This document shows, piece after piece, positions 54,266 to 64,000 of a stretch of 64,000 nt of DNA. The notes under the pieces were generated by a model, which saw only the letters and a list, made by a program, of their open reading frames with translations, did not search any database and was not told where the DNA came from. The stretch comes from an uncultured delta proteobacterium. Lineage in GTDB: Bacteria > Myxococcota_A > UBA9160 > UBA4427. Location of the stretch: the NCBI GenBank assembly GCA_963822965.1, contig CAWGJT010000005.1, positions 960,001 through 1,024,000 on the forward strand. Direction: 5' to 3'. The stretch's first letter is position 1; each line of letters begins with the position of its first letter. The position numbers were made by a program, and so were the translations under genes.

Positions 54266-55252
54266 TCAGCCCTCCGCGCGCACCTGCTTCACCACCTCGA
54301 TCACGCGGTCGTGGATCGGCCCGCAGGTGGCGACGACGCCCCGGTTCGCATCCAGGGTACGGCCGTGCTGGAAGTCGAGCGGGCGTCCCTCGACGTCGGT
54401 CACCCGGCCTCCCGCCTCTTCGACCACGAGCTTGCCGGCCGCGTGGTCCCAGATCTTCTCGCGGTAGTCCTTGCGGGTGGGCATGCGCAGGTAGATCGAG
54501 GCGTCGCCCCGGGCGATGGCCGCGTACTTGCACTGGCTGTCGATGCGGAAGGGTTCCTGGGTGATGCCGAGAAGCTCCGCGATGCGGGCCGACTGGCCCT
54601 GGTCGGAGTGCCCGGACTCGACGGACTCGCAGAAGCGCGCGTCGGCCAGGGACGTCGCCTTCGACACCGCGACGGCGGGCCCTTCGAGGCCGTCGCCCCA
54701 GAGCGGGAGCGCGCGGGTGCCCTGCCCCTGCACGGCGGCGAAGAGCGCCCCGCGGCCGCCGTGGCCGTCGTCGAGGTTCGGGCAGCCGAGGATGCCCAAC
54801 ACCACCTGGCCGCGTTCCAGCAGGCCGAGCGCCACCGCGTACTGCTCGCCGCGCAGGAAGCCCTTGGTGCCGTCGATGGGATCGAGGGTCCAGTAGCGGG
54901 CCGCACCGGCGTCGGCGTCGCCCCGGTCGATCCAATCGAGCACCGCGTCGGCGGCGGCGCCGCCCTTCACCTCGCCGGTCACCTCGCGCACGACGGCTTC
55001 CAGCAGGCTCGCCTGCTCGCCCTGCCGCAGCTCGTCGGACCCCTCCTCACCCACCACCGGGTCGTCGGGAAACGCGCGCAGCAGCCGCTCGCACACGATG
55101 GCCTGGGAGGCGAAGTCCGCCACCGTGACGGGGCTCTTGTCCTTCTTCTCGAGGGCCTCGGCGGTGGCGAGCCGCTGCTGCACCGAGCGACAGACCCGGG
55201 AGGCGGCACGCACGGCGGCCACGCCGGCCGTGAGCTCTGCTTCGAACGCCAC
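54266..55252 (-). CDS. 3'(2'),5'-bisphosphate nucleotidase, HAL2-type
   Basis: KKDKSPVTVADF..QA, GEE, WTLDPIDGTKGFLRGEQYA, CESVESGHS, IDSQCKY, EKIWDHAAG; AGGAGG RBS before the GTG at 55252. Confidence 0.9.
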   Translation of the reverse strand: MAFEAELTAGVAAVRAASRVCRSVQQRLATAEALEKKDKSPVTVADFASQAIVCERLLRAFPDDPVVGEEGSDELRQGEQASLLEAVVREVTGEVKGGAAADAVLDWIDRGDADAGAARYWTLDPIDGTKGFLRGEQYAVALGLLERGQVVLGILGCPNLDDGHGGRGALFAAVQGQGTRALPLWGDGLEGPAVAVSKATSLADARFCESVESGHSDQGQSARIAELLGITQEPFRIDSQCKYAAIARGDASIYLRMPTRKDYREKIWDHAAGKLVVEEAGGRVTDVEGRPLDFQHGRTLDANRGVVATCGPIHDRVIEVVKQVRAEG

Positions 55253-55335
55253 GAGACTTCCTCCTGCTGCGCTGGATGGGGGGCAGAGCTTCCCCGAGAT
55301 GGGCGACGCCGGCAACCGGCGCTCGCGAACACGGC

Positions 55336-56168
55336 CTACTCCCCGGTGAGCACTCCCCGGTGAAGCTCGGCTTGCGCTTCTCCTTGAAGGCGCGCGGCCC
55401 CTCCCGGGCGTCCTTCGAGGTCATCACCGCGGCCGACACCTCGTTCTCGATCGCGTAGGACTCCGCCAGCGGCAGCCCGCTCGAGCGCAGCACCCCTTCC
55501 TTGATCTTCGAGACCGCCAGCGGCCCGTTGGCGGCCAGCAGCTCGGCCAGCTCGAGCGCCTTGTCGAGGAGCTTCTCGCGCGGCACCACGTAGTTGACGA
55601 GGCCCATGTCCAAGGCCTCCTGGGCGCTGAAGGGTCGCCCCACCAGCAGCATCTCCATCATCTTCGCGTACGGAATCTGCCGCGGCAGCCGGGTGATCGA
55701 GCCGCCGCCGGGCAAGAGCCCCACCTTCGCCTCAGGCGTGCCGAAGACGGCGTTCTCCGACGCCACCCGGAGATCGCAGGCGTTCATCATCTCGGTGCCG
55801 CCGCCCAGGGCGTTGCCGTTCACCGCCGCGATAATGGGCTTGTAGATGTCGTAGCCGCGCAGGATGGCGTCGCCGAACTTGCGCGGCTCCGCGAGCAGCG
55901 CGTGGTCCCACTCGTCCTCCGGCTTCCGCGCGCCGGTCATGAGCGGCATGGTGAGCTTGAGATCGCCCCCGGCGCAGAAGTCCTGCTCGCCCGCTCCCGT
56001 CAGGATGGCGACGCGGAGCGCCTTCGTGTCCGCATACTCGTGCCACGCGTCGTACAGCTCGAGCAGCATGCGCGGGCTCAGGGAGTTGCGAGCCGCAGGA
56101 CGGTTCATGGTGAGGATCATGACCCCGTCCGCGCGCTTCTCCACCAGCAGGTGCCGCTCGTCATTCAT
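55336..56168 (-). CDS. Enoyl-CoA hydratase/crotonase family; natural stop displaced by a 14-bp duplication
   Basis: TMNRP..RNSL, FCAGGDL, KPIIAAVNG.ALGGG.E, FGTPE..VGL.PGGG, EG.RAFKEKRKP.FTGE. As sequenced it reads through to 55047. Confidence 0.9.
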
Positions 56169-56427
56169 CGTCGGATGACTCCAGCCTTCATCCCGCCTTC
56201 GAAACACCCTATCCTTTGTCGCACCCTCCAGGAGCGACACCAGCTTCGAGACTGCTCTGGTACGGGCGGATGATAGCTGCCGATCGGACGCGAGCTTCCA
56301 GTCTTCTCGACCCCGCCGGAGGGATGGCCGCTCTCACCTTCGCAGCCGACAGGCCCGCTGGATGCGATATCCACGAAGACGGGAGCACGCCGACGCTCGT
56401 CGAGTGGGACGACCCCGGACGACCGAG

Positions 56428-57270
56428 ATGAGGCAGCCGACCAAGATCGCGGAGGGGCGTGAGGCCGAGATCTTCAGCTGGGGCGAGCGCCAGGTGTTGC
56501 GGCTCTATCGCGACCCGGACGCGGGCGACCACGCCGACCGGGAGATGGTGGCCCTGGCTGCGGTGCGCTCCACCCTGCCCTGCGTGCCGGAGCCGCATGG
56601 GCGGATGGACTGGAACGGGCGACCGGGGATTCTGATGCAGCGTCTCGACGGGCACGGAATCCTCACCGAGATCCAGCTCCGGCCCTGGCGCGTGTTGGCG
56701 CTCGCGATGCTGTGCGGGCGCGTGCACGCAAACCTGAACGGGCTCCGCGCGCCTGCACACCTGCCGGAGCTCCGGTCCGAGCTGAAGCGGCGAATCGACG
56801 GAGAGCCCGGCATTCCGACCGAGCTGCGGGCGCTCGCTCTGGACCAGCTGGATCGCATGCCCGATGGGGACGCGCTCTGCCATGGCGACTTCCAGCCGGA
56901 CAACGTGCTGCTCTGCCCCGACGGCCCGGCGGTGATCGATTGGCCGAACGCGACGCGCGGCGACCCCTGCGGCGACTTCGCCCGAACCGCGTTGATGATG
57001 AGGCTCGGGGCGCTGCCGCCGGGTGCACCCCGGCTGATCCGTTGGGGCCAATGGGCGGGGCGCGGACTCTTCACCCGCGCCTACGTCTCTGGATACGAAG
57101 AGACGACACGCTACGAGGAAGAAGCCATCCTGCGATGGAAGCTCGTGCGCGCGGTGGAACGGCTGGCAGACGGGCTCCCGGAGGAGCGCGGCCCGCTCCT
57201 CCGCGCCGTGGAACGCCTGCGCCGGGCGTTGCGGAGAGCCCGCGACAGGACCCGCGGCGGCCCTTGCTAG
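56428..57270 (+). CDS. Aminoglycoside phosphotransferase (APH)-family kinase
   Basis: [32 protein letters not shown]. Confidence 0.85.
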   Translation: MRQPTKIAEGREAEIFSWGERQVLRLYRDPDAGDHADREMVALAAVRSTLPCVPEPHGRMDWNGRPGILMQRLDGHGILTEIQLRPWRVLALAMLCGRVHANLNGLRAPAHLPELRSELKRRIDGEPGIPTELRALALDQLDRMPDGDALCHGDFQPDNVLLCPDGPAVIDWPNATRGDPCGDFARTALMMRLGALPPGAPRLIRWGQWAGRGLFTRAYVSGYEETTRYEEEAILRWKLVRAVERLADGLPEERGPLLRAVERLRRALRRARDRTRGGPC

Positions 57271-57302
57271 ACTCGCGGGACCCTTCGACGAGAGCTCCGC
57301 CG

Positions 57303-58802
57303 GTGCCGACCCAATCCACGCTCCTTCCGTTCGACAACAGCTACGCGCGGCTGCCCGAGCGCTTCTTCGCGCGCCTGCCGCCCACGCCGGTGCCCGCTCC
57401 GGCGCTCGTGCGGCTGAACGAGGAGCTGGCGCGCGAGCTCGGGCTCGACCCGCACTTCCTCGCGTCGCCCGAGGGCGTCGAGATCCTGGCCGGCAACCGC
57501 GTTCCGGAGGGCGCGGAGCCCATCGCGATGGCGTATGCCGGGTTCCAGTTCGGGAGCTGGGTGCCGCAGCTGGGGGACGGCCGCGCGATCCTGCTCGGCG
57601 AGCTCATCGATCGCAACGGCGTGCGGCGCGACGTTCAGCTGAAGGGCTCGGGGCCGACCCCGTTCTCGCGCCGGGGCGACGGCCGTGCCGGCCTCGGGCC
57701 GGTGCTGCGCGAGTACCTCGTCGCCGAGGCGATGGCCGCCCTGGGAATCCCGACCACGCGCGCGCTCGCGGCCGTGACGACCGGCGAGCAGATCGTTCGC
57801 GAAGCCCCGCTGCCCGGCGCCGTGCTGACCCGCGTCGCACGGAGTCACGTCCGGGTCGGCACGTTCCAGCTCTTCGCCAGCCGCGGGGACGTCGAGGGCC
57901 TCCGGGCGTTGGCGGACTACGTGATCGCGCGCCACTACCCCGAGGCTTCGGGTTCGGACGCGCCCCATCTCGCATTGCTCTCCGGGGTGATCGAGCGCCA
58001 GGCGGCGCTCGTGGCCCGCTGGCAGCTCTGCGGCTTCATCCACGGCGTGATGAACACCGACAACACCTCGATCGCCGGCGAGACGATCGACTACGGTCCC
58101 TGCGCGTTCATGGACGCCTACCACCCCGACACGGTCTACAGCTCGATCGATCACGCCGGCCGATACGCCTACGCGAACCAGCCCCGGATCGCACACTGGA
58201 ACCTCGCGGGCTTCGCGCAGGCCCTGCTCCCGATCCTCGGCCCCGACGAGAAGGCCGCCATCGAGCAGGCGTCCGCCGCCCTCGACGCGTTCCCGGAGCG
58301 GTTCGAGCACTTCCATCGCGCCGGCCTGCAGCGAAAGCTCGGCCTCGGCGAGACCCGCGAAGGCGACGCCGCGCTGGCCGACGATCTGCTGGCACGGATG
58401 GCCGACAACGAGGTCGACTTCACGCTCTGCTTCCGCGGGCTGTCGGAGCTCGTCGGATCGGACACGAGGGCGGACCCGAGCGACGAGCGCGTCCGCAGCC
58501 TGTTCGCGAGCCCGGCCGCCTTCGACGAGTGGGCGGTGCGCTGGCGCGCGCGCCTCGCGCTCGAAGAGCGCTCCCCCGCCGCGTGCCGCGAAGACATGCA
58601 ATCCGTCAGCCCGGCTTTCATTCCGCGAAATCATCTCGTCGAAGAGGCGATCGAGGCCGCAATCTATGCCGACGACCTCGCGCCCTTCGAGGAGCTGCTC
58701 GATGTGCTCCGGAAGCCCTACGAGGACCAGCCCGGTCGGGAGCGCCACGCGGCGCCTCCGCGGCCCGACCAGGTCGTGCACCAGACCTTCTGCGGCACCT
58801 GA
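57303..58802 (+). CDS. selO: Protein adenylyltransferase SelO/YdiU
   Basis: [59 protein letters not shown]. Confidence 0.93.
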   Translation: MPTQSTLLPFDNSYARLPERFFARLPPTPVPAPALVRLNEELARELGLDPHFLASPEGVEILAGNRVPEGAEPIAMAYAGFQFGSWVPQLGDGRAILLGELIDRNGVRRDVQLKGSGPTPFSRRGDGRAGLGPVLREYLVAEAMAALGIPTTRALAAVTTGEQIVREAPLPGAVLTRVARSHVRVGTFQLFASRGDVEGLRALADYVIARHYPEASGSDAPHLALLSGVIERQAALVARWQLCGFIHGVMNTDNTSIAGETIDYGPCAFMDAYHPDTVYSSIDHAGRYAYANQPRIAHWNLAGFAQALLPILGPDEKAAIEQASAALDAFPERFEHFHRAGLQRKLGLGETREGDAALADDLLARMADNEVDFTLCFRGLSELVGSDTRADPSDERVRSLFASPAAFDEWAVRWRARLALEERSPAACREDMQSVSPAFIPRNHLVEEAIEAAIYADDLAPFEELLDVLRKPYEDQPGRERHAAPPRPDQVVHQTFCGT

Positions 58803-58812
58803 GCGCTCCTAA

Positions 58813-58871
58813 GAGGACGACGCCCAGCGTTGTCCTCAGGTTGCAAGTCAGCGCCCCAGCGGGGCGCTGAC
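58813..58871. terminator. Two tandem hairpins between convergent genes
   Basis: GAGGACGACGC-CCA-GCGTTGTCCTC (58813-37) and GTCAGCGCCCC-AGC-GGGGCGCTGAC (58847-71); no clear U-tract. Confidence 0.45.
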
Positions 58872-58874
58872 CGC

Positions 58875-59966
58875 TCAGAACCAGTCCGCTTCCGCGTCCA
58901 CCTGCCCCGCCACCACCGCCATGCACTCGTCGTAGCTTCCCCAGGCCAGGGACTGCTGCTTGGCGCGCAGGGTGGTGAAGTAGAGGTCGTTCTCCTCGAT
59001 GACGCCGTTTCCGCCGTGGATCTGGTGGGCGAGCATGGTGACCTCGGGGGCGGCGCGGGACGCGGACGCCTTGGCGAGGGCGGCGCTCGCGTCGCTGGCG
59101 ACGCCGCGGTCGATGGCGTCCAGGGTCTCGTAGGCGAGGACGCGGGTGCTGGTCGTGCGGATCGCCATGTTGGCGCAGTGGTGGCGGACGGCCTGGAAGC
59201 TGCCGATCGTCTTGCCGAACTGCTCGCGCACGTTCGCGTAGGCGACCGTCATCTCGAGCGCCTGCTGCATGGCGCCCAGGCACTGGATGGCTGCCAGACT
59301 GCGCCCGAGGCGCACCAGCGCGGACAGGGCCTCGGGACCGGCCACGCGCACCGCGGGCACGGCCTGGTAGCGCACGTGACACAGCGGCGTGCGGCCGATG
59401 GCGCGCAGGGGCTCGCAGGTGACGCCGGCTGCGGCGGCGTCCACCCGGTAGAGGGCGGGCTCGCCGCCGGCGCCGTCCCGGGCCGACACCAGGTGATGGG
59501 TGGCGTCGCGGCCGTAGTCGACGAAGCGCTTCTCGCCCGTGACGGTGCCCTTCGCGCAGACCAGCGCCACGTCGGTGCGGCTGTCGCTGCCCTCGAGGAG
59601 CGCCGGCACCGGCACCGCGTCGCCGGTCTGGATGCCGGCGAGAAGCTCCTCGACGGGCGCGCCTTCGCCGTGCCGCTCCAGCACCCAGCCCGTGGCCACC
59701 ACCTCGAGGATGGGGACGATGGCCGCCCGGCGCGCCAGCTCTTCGACGAGGATTCCCACGTCGACCAGCGCGCCGCCGCCCCCGCCGCGGGACTCGGAGA
59801 AGGGAAGCCCGAGCCAGCCCTGCTCGGCCATCGCCTTCCAGAGCGTGGAATCGGACGCGCCGTCCTTCTCCAGCTGCCGGATGCGCTCGTAGGGAACTTC
59901 CTTCTGCAGGTACGAGCGTACCGTCTCCTGCAGCAGGCTCTGGGTCTCGCTGAGATCGAGATTCAT
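58875..59966 (-). CDS. Acyl-CoA dehydrogenase, probable short partner subunit of a heteromeric ACAD
   Basis: MNLDLSETQ, REQFGKTIGSFQAV.H..A.M, HQIHGGNG; lacks the SEP..G.D motif of its neighbour. Confidence 0.85.
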   Translation of the reverse strand: MNLDLSETQSLLQETVRSYLQKEVPYERIRQLEKDGASDSTLWKAMAEQGWLGLPFSESRGGGGGALVDVGILVEELARRAAIVPILEVVATGWVLERHGEGAPVEELLAGIQTGDAVPVPALLEGSDSRTDVALVCAKGTVTGEKRFVDYGRDATHHLVSARDGAGGEPALYRVDAAAAGVTCEPLRAIGRTPLCHVRYQAVPAVRVAGPEALSALVRLGRSLAAIQCLGAMQQALEMTVAYANVREQFGKTIGSFQAVRHHCANMAIRTTSTRVLAYETLDAIDRGVASDASAALAKASASRAAPEVTMLAHQIHGGNGVIEENDLYFTTLRAKQQSLAWGSYDECMAVVAGQVDAEADWF

Positions 59967-59977
59967 GGTCGCTTCCC

Positions 59978-61138
59978 CTATCGCGCCAAGCCGAGGCCCG
60001 CGGCCGCGACGATGTCCCGCTGCACCTCGTTCGTGCCGCCGCCGAAGCGGAAGATGGGCGAGAGGCGGAAGTTGAACTCTGCGCGCCCGTCGAAGGGCGC
60101 GTTCGGGCCGGACTCGGAGCTGAGGGCGCCTTCGCGGCCCAGCAGGTCCATGGCGGTGTTGGCGATGCGGGTGCGCAGCTCGGTGCCCGAGATCTTCGCC
60201 ATGGAGGCGTCGGCGATGGGCGTGCCGCCGCGCGAGATGATCCAGGCGTTGCGCAGGGCCAGGGAGCGGTGCTCGCGCAGGTCGAGCTCCAGCTCGGCCA
60301 GGCGCCGGCGCACCACCGGGTCGGCCAGCTTCTCGGGCCGGTGCTCCTTCAGCCAGGCGACGAGCTGGTCGTAGATGCGCGCCAGCCCGCCGGTGGACGC
60401 GAGCCCCACGCGCTCGTGGTTGAGGGCGTGCATCACGATCCCCCAGCCCTGGTTGACGCCGCCCACCACGTTGTCCTTCGGCACCCGCACGTCGTCGTAG
60501 AAGGTCTCGCAGGTGTGGCCGCCGTACATGGTGTAGAGCGGGCGGATGGTGACGCCGGGGGTCTTCGTCGGAACCACGATGATCGAGATGCCGGCGTGCT
60601 TCCGCACGTTGGGATCGGTGCGCACCGCCAGCCAGATGTGGGTGGACACGTCCGCCAGCGACGTCCAGATCTTCTGGCCGTTGATCACCCACTCTTCCCC
60701 ATCCAGCTCCGCCCGGGTGCGCAGGGACGCGAGGTCGGTGCCGGCGTTGGGCTCGCTGTAGCCGATGGCGAAGCAGTACTCGCCGCGGTAGATGCCCGGC
60801 AGCCAGGCCGCCTTCTGGGCCTCGCTGCCGAAGGCCACGATGGAAGGCGCGATGGAGGTGTAGGTCAGGTTGCCGTAGGGCATCCCGAAGTACTCCATCT
60901 CTTCGACGAAGATGTACTGGTAGAGCATGTTGCGGCCCTCGCCGCCGTGCTCCTCGGGCCAGCACATGCGCATCCATCCGCGCCGGTCGAGCTCCTGGTG
61001 GAAGGCCCGGATGAGCTCGCCGCCGCTCCCGTAGGTGGCCGCGTACTCGGCCAGCAGCTCGGGCGTGCGGCGCTCCAGGATGAAGGCGCGCAGCTCGCGC
61101 CGAAACGCCGCGTACTCCTCGTCCCACTCGAATTCCAT
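59978..61138 (-). CDS. Acyl-CoA dehydrogenase, FadE26/FadE29-like subunit
   Basis: FAIGYSEPNAGTDLASLRT, INGQKIWTS, TFYDDVRVP, LNHERV, FGGGTNEVQRDI. Confidence 0.9.
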   Translation of the reverse strand: MEFEWDEEYAAFRRELRAFILERRTPELLAEYAATYGSGGELIRAFHQELDRRGWMRMCWPEEHGGEGRNMLYQYIFVEEMEYFGMPYGNLTYTSIAPSIVAFGSEAQKAAWLPGIYRGEYCFAIGYSEPNAGTDLASLRTRAELDGEEWVINGQKIWTSLADVSTHIWLAVRTDPNVRKHAGISIIVVPTKTPGVTIRPLYTMYGGHTCETFYDDVRVPKDNVVGGVNQGWGIVMHALNHERVGLASTGGLARIYDQLVAWLKEHRPEKLADPVVRRRLAELELDLREHRSLALRNAWIISRGGTPIADASMAKISGTELRTRIANTAMDLLGREGALSSESGPNAPFDGRAEFNFRLSPIFRFGGGTNEVQRDIVAAAGLGLAR

Positions 61139-61190
61139 GGTCGTTCTCCGCGTTCTTCGGTTGGGCTCCCGGTCGGGGCCGGGAGCCGGT

Positions 61191-61619
61191 TCAGGTCGGA
61201 ATGGGTCGGAACCAGATGCGTGCGAACGCGTCGCTCACGCGCTCGATCTCGGCCTGCACGGGCAGGTCGAGGACGAGGTCGGCCGGGTCGAGCCCGCGCA
61301 GGGCTCCCACCAGGCGAACGCCCTCTTCCATGGCGACCACCACCGTCGCGTACGGGATCTCCGCCGCCCAGCCCGCGTCCACCGGGCGGTGCGTCACCGT
61401 CCACGAGAAGATGCGCCCGCGGCCGGACGACGGCACGAAGGCGAGATCGCTCGAGCCGCACTCGCGGCACAGATAGCGGGGCGGGTGGTAGTAGTGCGAG
61501 CAGCTCGTGCACTGCTGCAGGTGCAGCTGGCCGGTGGCCGCCAGGCGGTAGAAGTCCGCGTTCCGGCCGTCCGGGTCGGGCACCATCTTGGGCGGACGCG
61601 GCGTCGCGCTGGCACTCAC
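61191..61619 (-). CDS. DUF35 Zn-ribbon/OB-fold protein
   Basis: [40 protein letters not shown]; its start overlaps the thiolase-like gene stop. Confidence 0.9.
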   Translation of the reverse strand: MSASATPRPPKMVPDPDGRNADFYRLAATGQLHLQQCTSCSHYYHPPRYLCRECGSSDLAFVPSSGRGRIFSWTVTHRPVDAGWAAEIPYATVVVAMEEGVRLVGALRGLDPADLVLDLPVQAEIERVSDAFARIWFRPIPT

Positions 61620-62812
61620 GCCGACGCTTCCCGGGAGAGGATCGCGATGCTGCCGTCGCCGAAGTCGCCCCAGCCCGTGACGAGCCCGAGGCTCGCGTCC
61701 TCCACCTGGGCCGGCCCCGCCTCGCCGCGCAGCTGGCGCGCCGCCTCGACCACGTGATTCATTCCCCACATGTGTCCCTGGGACAGGAGCCCACCGTGGG
61801 TGTTGAGGGGCATGCGGCCGCCCAGGCGCATGGCGCCGTCGCGAACCAGCGCGCCCGCCCCGCCCGGCTCGCACAGGCCCAGCGCTTCGAGCTGCAGCAG
61901 CACCACGTAGGTGAAGCAGTCGTACACCTGCAGGAAGTCCATGTCCTGGGCGGTGATGCCCGCCATCGCGAACGCGCGGGGGGCGGCGTGGTGGAGCCCC
62001 ACCTTGAGGGGGTCCTTGCGGTTGGTGATGTCGTCTGCCGGATAGGGATGCCCCTCGGCGCCGCCGAGGTAGAAGACGGGAGGCCTTGCCAGATCGCGCG
62101 CCCGCTCGGCCGAGGTGAGCACCACCGCCGCCCCGCAATCGGTCTCGAGGCAGCAGTCGAGCTTGCGCAGCGGCTCGGCGATGAAGGGCGCGGCGAAGTA
62201 GTCCTCCAGGGTGAGGGGCTTGCCGCGCATGAGCGCCTTCTCGTTCTTGTGCGCGTGCTCGCGGCAGGTGAGCGCCACCCAGGCGGCGTCCTCGTCGGCA
62301 ATGCCGTACAGGTGCTTGTATCGCGTGAGGATGAACGAGTAGAACTGCGCGGCGCTCATGGCGCCGTAGGGCAGGTAGTAGTCCATCACCACGTTGCCCA
62401 CCGAGGCCGGGTCGAGCCCGTAGCGAGGCGCCTTCACCCCGGGTCGCGGACGGAAGGCCGAGTAGCCGTTCCAGCCCACCACCACCAGCACGTTCGTCGC
62501 GATGCCCGCCGCGATGGCCATGGCGGCGCTCTGCAGCGAGGCCGTCGGGCTGGCGCCGCCCAGGTGAACCGTCGCCGCGTAGTGGAGATCCTCCACGCCC
62601 AGGTTCGCGGCGATCTCCTCGGCCGAGGTATAGCCGGGCGGCGGGATGATGCCGTCGATGTCGCCGCGCTCGAGACCTGCGTCGGCGATGGCTTCGGTGG
62701 CGGCTCGCAGCATGAGCTGGACCGGAGTCTCCTGCGCGGGCCGCAGGTACTCGGTCTCGCCGATGCCGACGATGGCGGCGCGACCGCGGAGGGGGTGAAC
62801 GGACGACGGCAC
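61616..62812 (-). CDS. Thiolase-fold lipid-transfer protein (SCP2-thiolase/Ltp2-like)
   Basis: [46 protein letters not shown]. Start approximate. Confidence 0.88.
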   Translation of the reverse strand: MPSSVHPLRGRAAIVGIGETEYLRPAQETPVQLMLRAATEAIADAGLERGDIDGIIPPPGYTSAEEIAANLGVEDLHYAATVHLGGASPTASLQSAAMAIAAGIATNVLVVVGWNGYSAFRPRPGVKAPRYGLDPASVGNVVMDYYLPYGAMSAAQFYSFILTRYKHLYGIADEDAAWVALTCREHAHKNEKALMRGKPLTLEDYFAAPFIAEPLRKLDCCLETDCGAAVVLTSAERARDLARPPVFYLGGAEGHPYPADDITNRKDPLKVGLHHAAPRAFAMAGITAQDMDFLQVYDCFTYVVLLQLEALGLCEPGGAGALVRDGAMRLGGRMPLNTHGGLLSQGHMWGMNHVVEAARQLRGEAGPAQVEDASLGLVTGWGDFGDGSIAILSREASA

Positions 62813-62932
62813 GGACAACGAAGGGCTCCCGGAAGCTCTCCCGCGGTGGACAATTACGAAACGCCTCGTATCGTACCCGATACCCGGCCCGCGTCGCGAC
62901 AGCATCGGGGCGCCCGGACCCAATCGAGAGTC

Positions 62933-62975
62933 GAAGAGAGAAGCAGAGAAGAGAGAAGACAGAAGAGAGAAGAAG
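62933..62975 (+). repeat. Polypurine heptamer repeat (GAAGAGA-like, about 6 units)
   Basis: gaagaga gaagcaga gaagaga gaagaca gaagaga gaagaag; 43 nt with 2 pyrimidines. Confidence 0.75.
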
Positions 62976-62995
62976 CGAGTCGGAAGGAGCAGCGC

Positions 62996-64000
62996 ATGGG
63001 CCCCCTGGCAGGCAACCGCATCATCGAGATCGCCGGCATCGGCCCGGGCCCCTTCGCGGCCATGGTGCTGGCGGACATGGGCGCCGACGTGATCCGGGTG
63101 GAGCGCCCGGGTGGCGGCCTATTCGGCTCGGGCAGCCCCAGCGACCTGCTGAACCGGGGAAAGCGCTGCGCGTGCGTCGACCTCAAGCAGCCCCAGGGCG
63201 TGGAGGTGGTGCTGCGCCTCGTCGAGGGCGCCGACGCGCTCGTCGAGGGCTTCCGTCCCGGCGTGGCCGAGAAGCTCGGCATCGGCCCGGAGGCGTGTCT
63301 CGCCCGCAACCCGGCCCTCGTCTACGGTCGCATGACCGGCTGGGGACAGGACGGCCCCCTCGCCCGGGAGGCCGGTCACGACATCAACTACATCTCGCTG
63401 ACGGGCGCGCTGCACGCCATGGGCCGAGCGGGCGAGAAGCCCGCCATTCCGCTGAACCTCGTCGGCGACTTCGGCGGCGGCGGGCTGATGATGGCCTTCG
63501 GCGTGGTGTGCGCGCTGCTCGAGTCGAAGACGAGCGGCCGCGGCCAGGTGGTGGACGCCGCCATGGTGGACGGCGCCTCCCTGCTGATGGCCAGCATCTA
63601 CGGCGCCCGCATGGCGGGCTGGTGGACCGGCGAGCGCGGCACCAACATGCTCGACTCGGGCGCCCACTACTACGAGGTGTACGAGACGTCGGACGGCAAG
63701 TACGTCTCGGTGGGCGCCATCGAAGCGAAGTTCTACGCCAACCTGCTCGAGCGCCTGGGCCTCGCCGGCGAGACCCTCCCCGACCAGAACGACCGCGAGT
63801 CCTGGCCCGCCATGAAGGAGCGCTTCGCCGCCATCTTCCGCACGAACACCCGCGACGAGTGGTGCCGCGTCTTCGAGAGCAGCGACGCCTGCTTCGCCCC
63901 CGTGCTGGAGATGAACGAGGCGCACACGAATCCGCACATGGCAGCCCGGGACACGTTCGTCGAGGTGAACGGGTCGAGGCAGCCCGCCCCGGCCCCGCGC
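62996..64000 (+). CDS. CaiB/BaiF family, alpha-methylacyl-CoA racemase-like; runs off the window end
   Basis: Manual translation: [79 protein letters not shown]. Confidence 0.9.
   Translation, partial: MGPLAGNRIIEIAGIGPGPFAAMVLADMGADVIRVERPGGGLFGSGSPSDLLNRGKRCACVDLKQPQGVEVVLRLVEGADALVEGFRPGVAEKLGIGPEACLARNPALVYGRMTGWGQDGPLAREAGHDINYISLTGALHAMGRAGEKPAIPLNLVGDFGGGGLMMAFGVVCALLESKTSGRGQVVDAAMVDGASLLMASIYGARMAGWWTGERGTNMLDSGAHYYEVYETSDGKYVSVGAIEAKFYANLLERLGLAGETLPDQNDRESWPAMKERFAAIFRTNTRDEWCRVFESSDACFAPVLEMNEAHTNPHMAARDTFVEVNGSRQPAPAPR

Noticed and set aside
56428..57270. Antibiotic resistance gene
   Set aside because: Only the generic APH/choline-kinase fold motifs are present; there is no recognisable resistance subfamily or mobile context.
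58780..58871. Selenocysteine at the SelO C-terminus (TGA followed by hairpins)
   Set aside because: The protein ends in TFCGT, a normal Cys-type bacterial ending, and the hairpins fit termination between convergent genes.

Overview
This is a very GC-rich (about 70% by eye) bacterial chromosomal window. PEP-CTERM proteins, DUF3604 and a large lipid/steroid-type catabolic repertoire suggest a Gram-negative Myxococcota/deltaproteobacteria-like organism (inference only). It holds about 50 CDSs: acyl-CoA dehydrogenases, flavin monooxygenases, thioesterases, SDRs, sulfatases, a sulfotransferase, a PAP phosphatase, cysK, cti, selO, an MMPL transporter and an Ltp2/DUF35/FadE/racemase module. Several genes are broken by patches of single-base indels that look like long-read consensus errors. 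I see no rRNA, intact tRNA, CRISPR array or transposase. The most notable signals are five. (1) A TetR protein closely resembling Vibrio LuxR/HapR/SmcR is coupled to a wax-ester/TAG synthase, and the operon's sigma70-type promoter is overlapped by two inverted LuxR-box-like sites. (2) A PEP-CTERM-anchored five-heme cytochrome c has a sigma54 promoter and upstream palindromes. (3) A 94-bp MITE-like element sits at a duplicated CTAG that supplies the stop codons of two convergent genes. (4) A decayed Rhs relic with two tandem core ends lies beside an intact, probably leaderless toxin-antitoxin module. (5) There are also a 44-bp tandem repeat, a 14-bp duplication that removes a stop codon, and a recurrent leaderless-promoter signature. 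All family assignments come from motif recognition and memory, not database searches.
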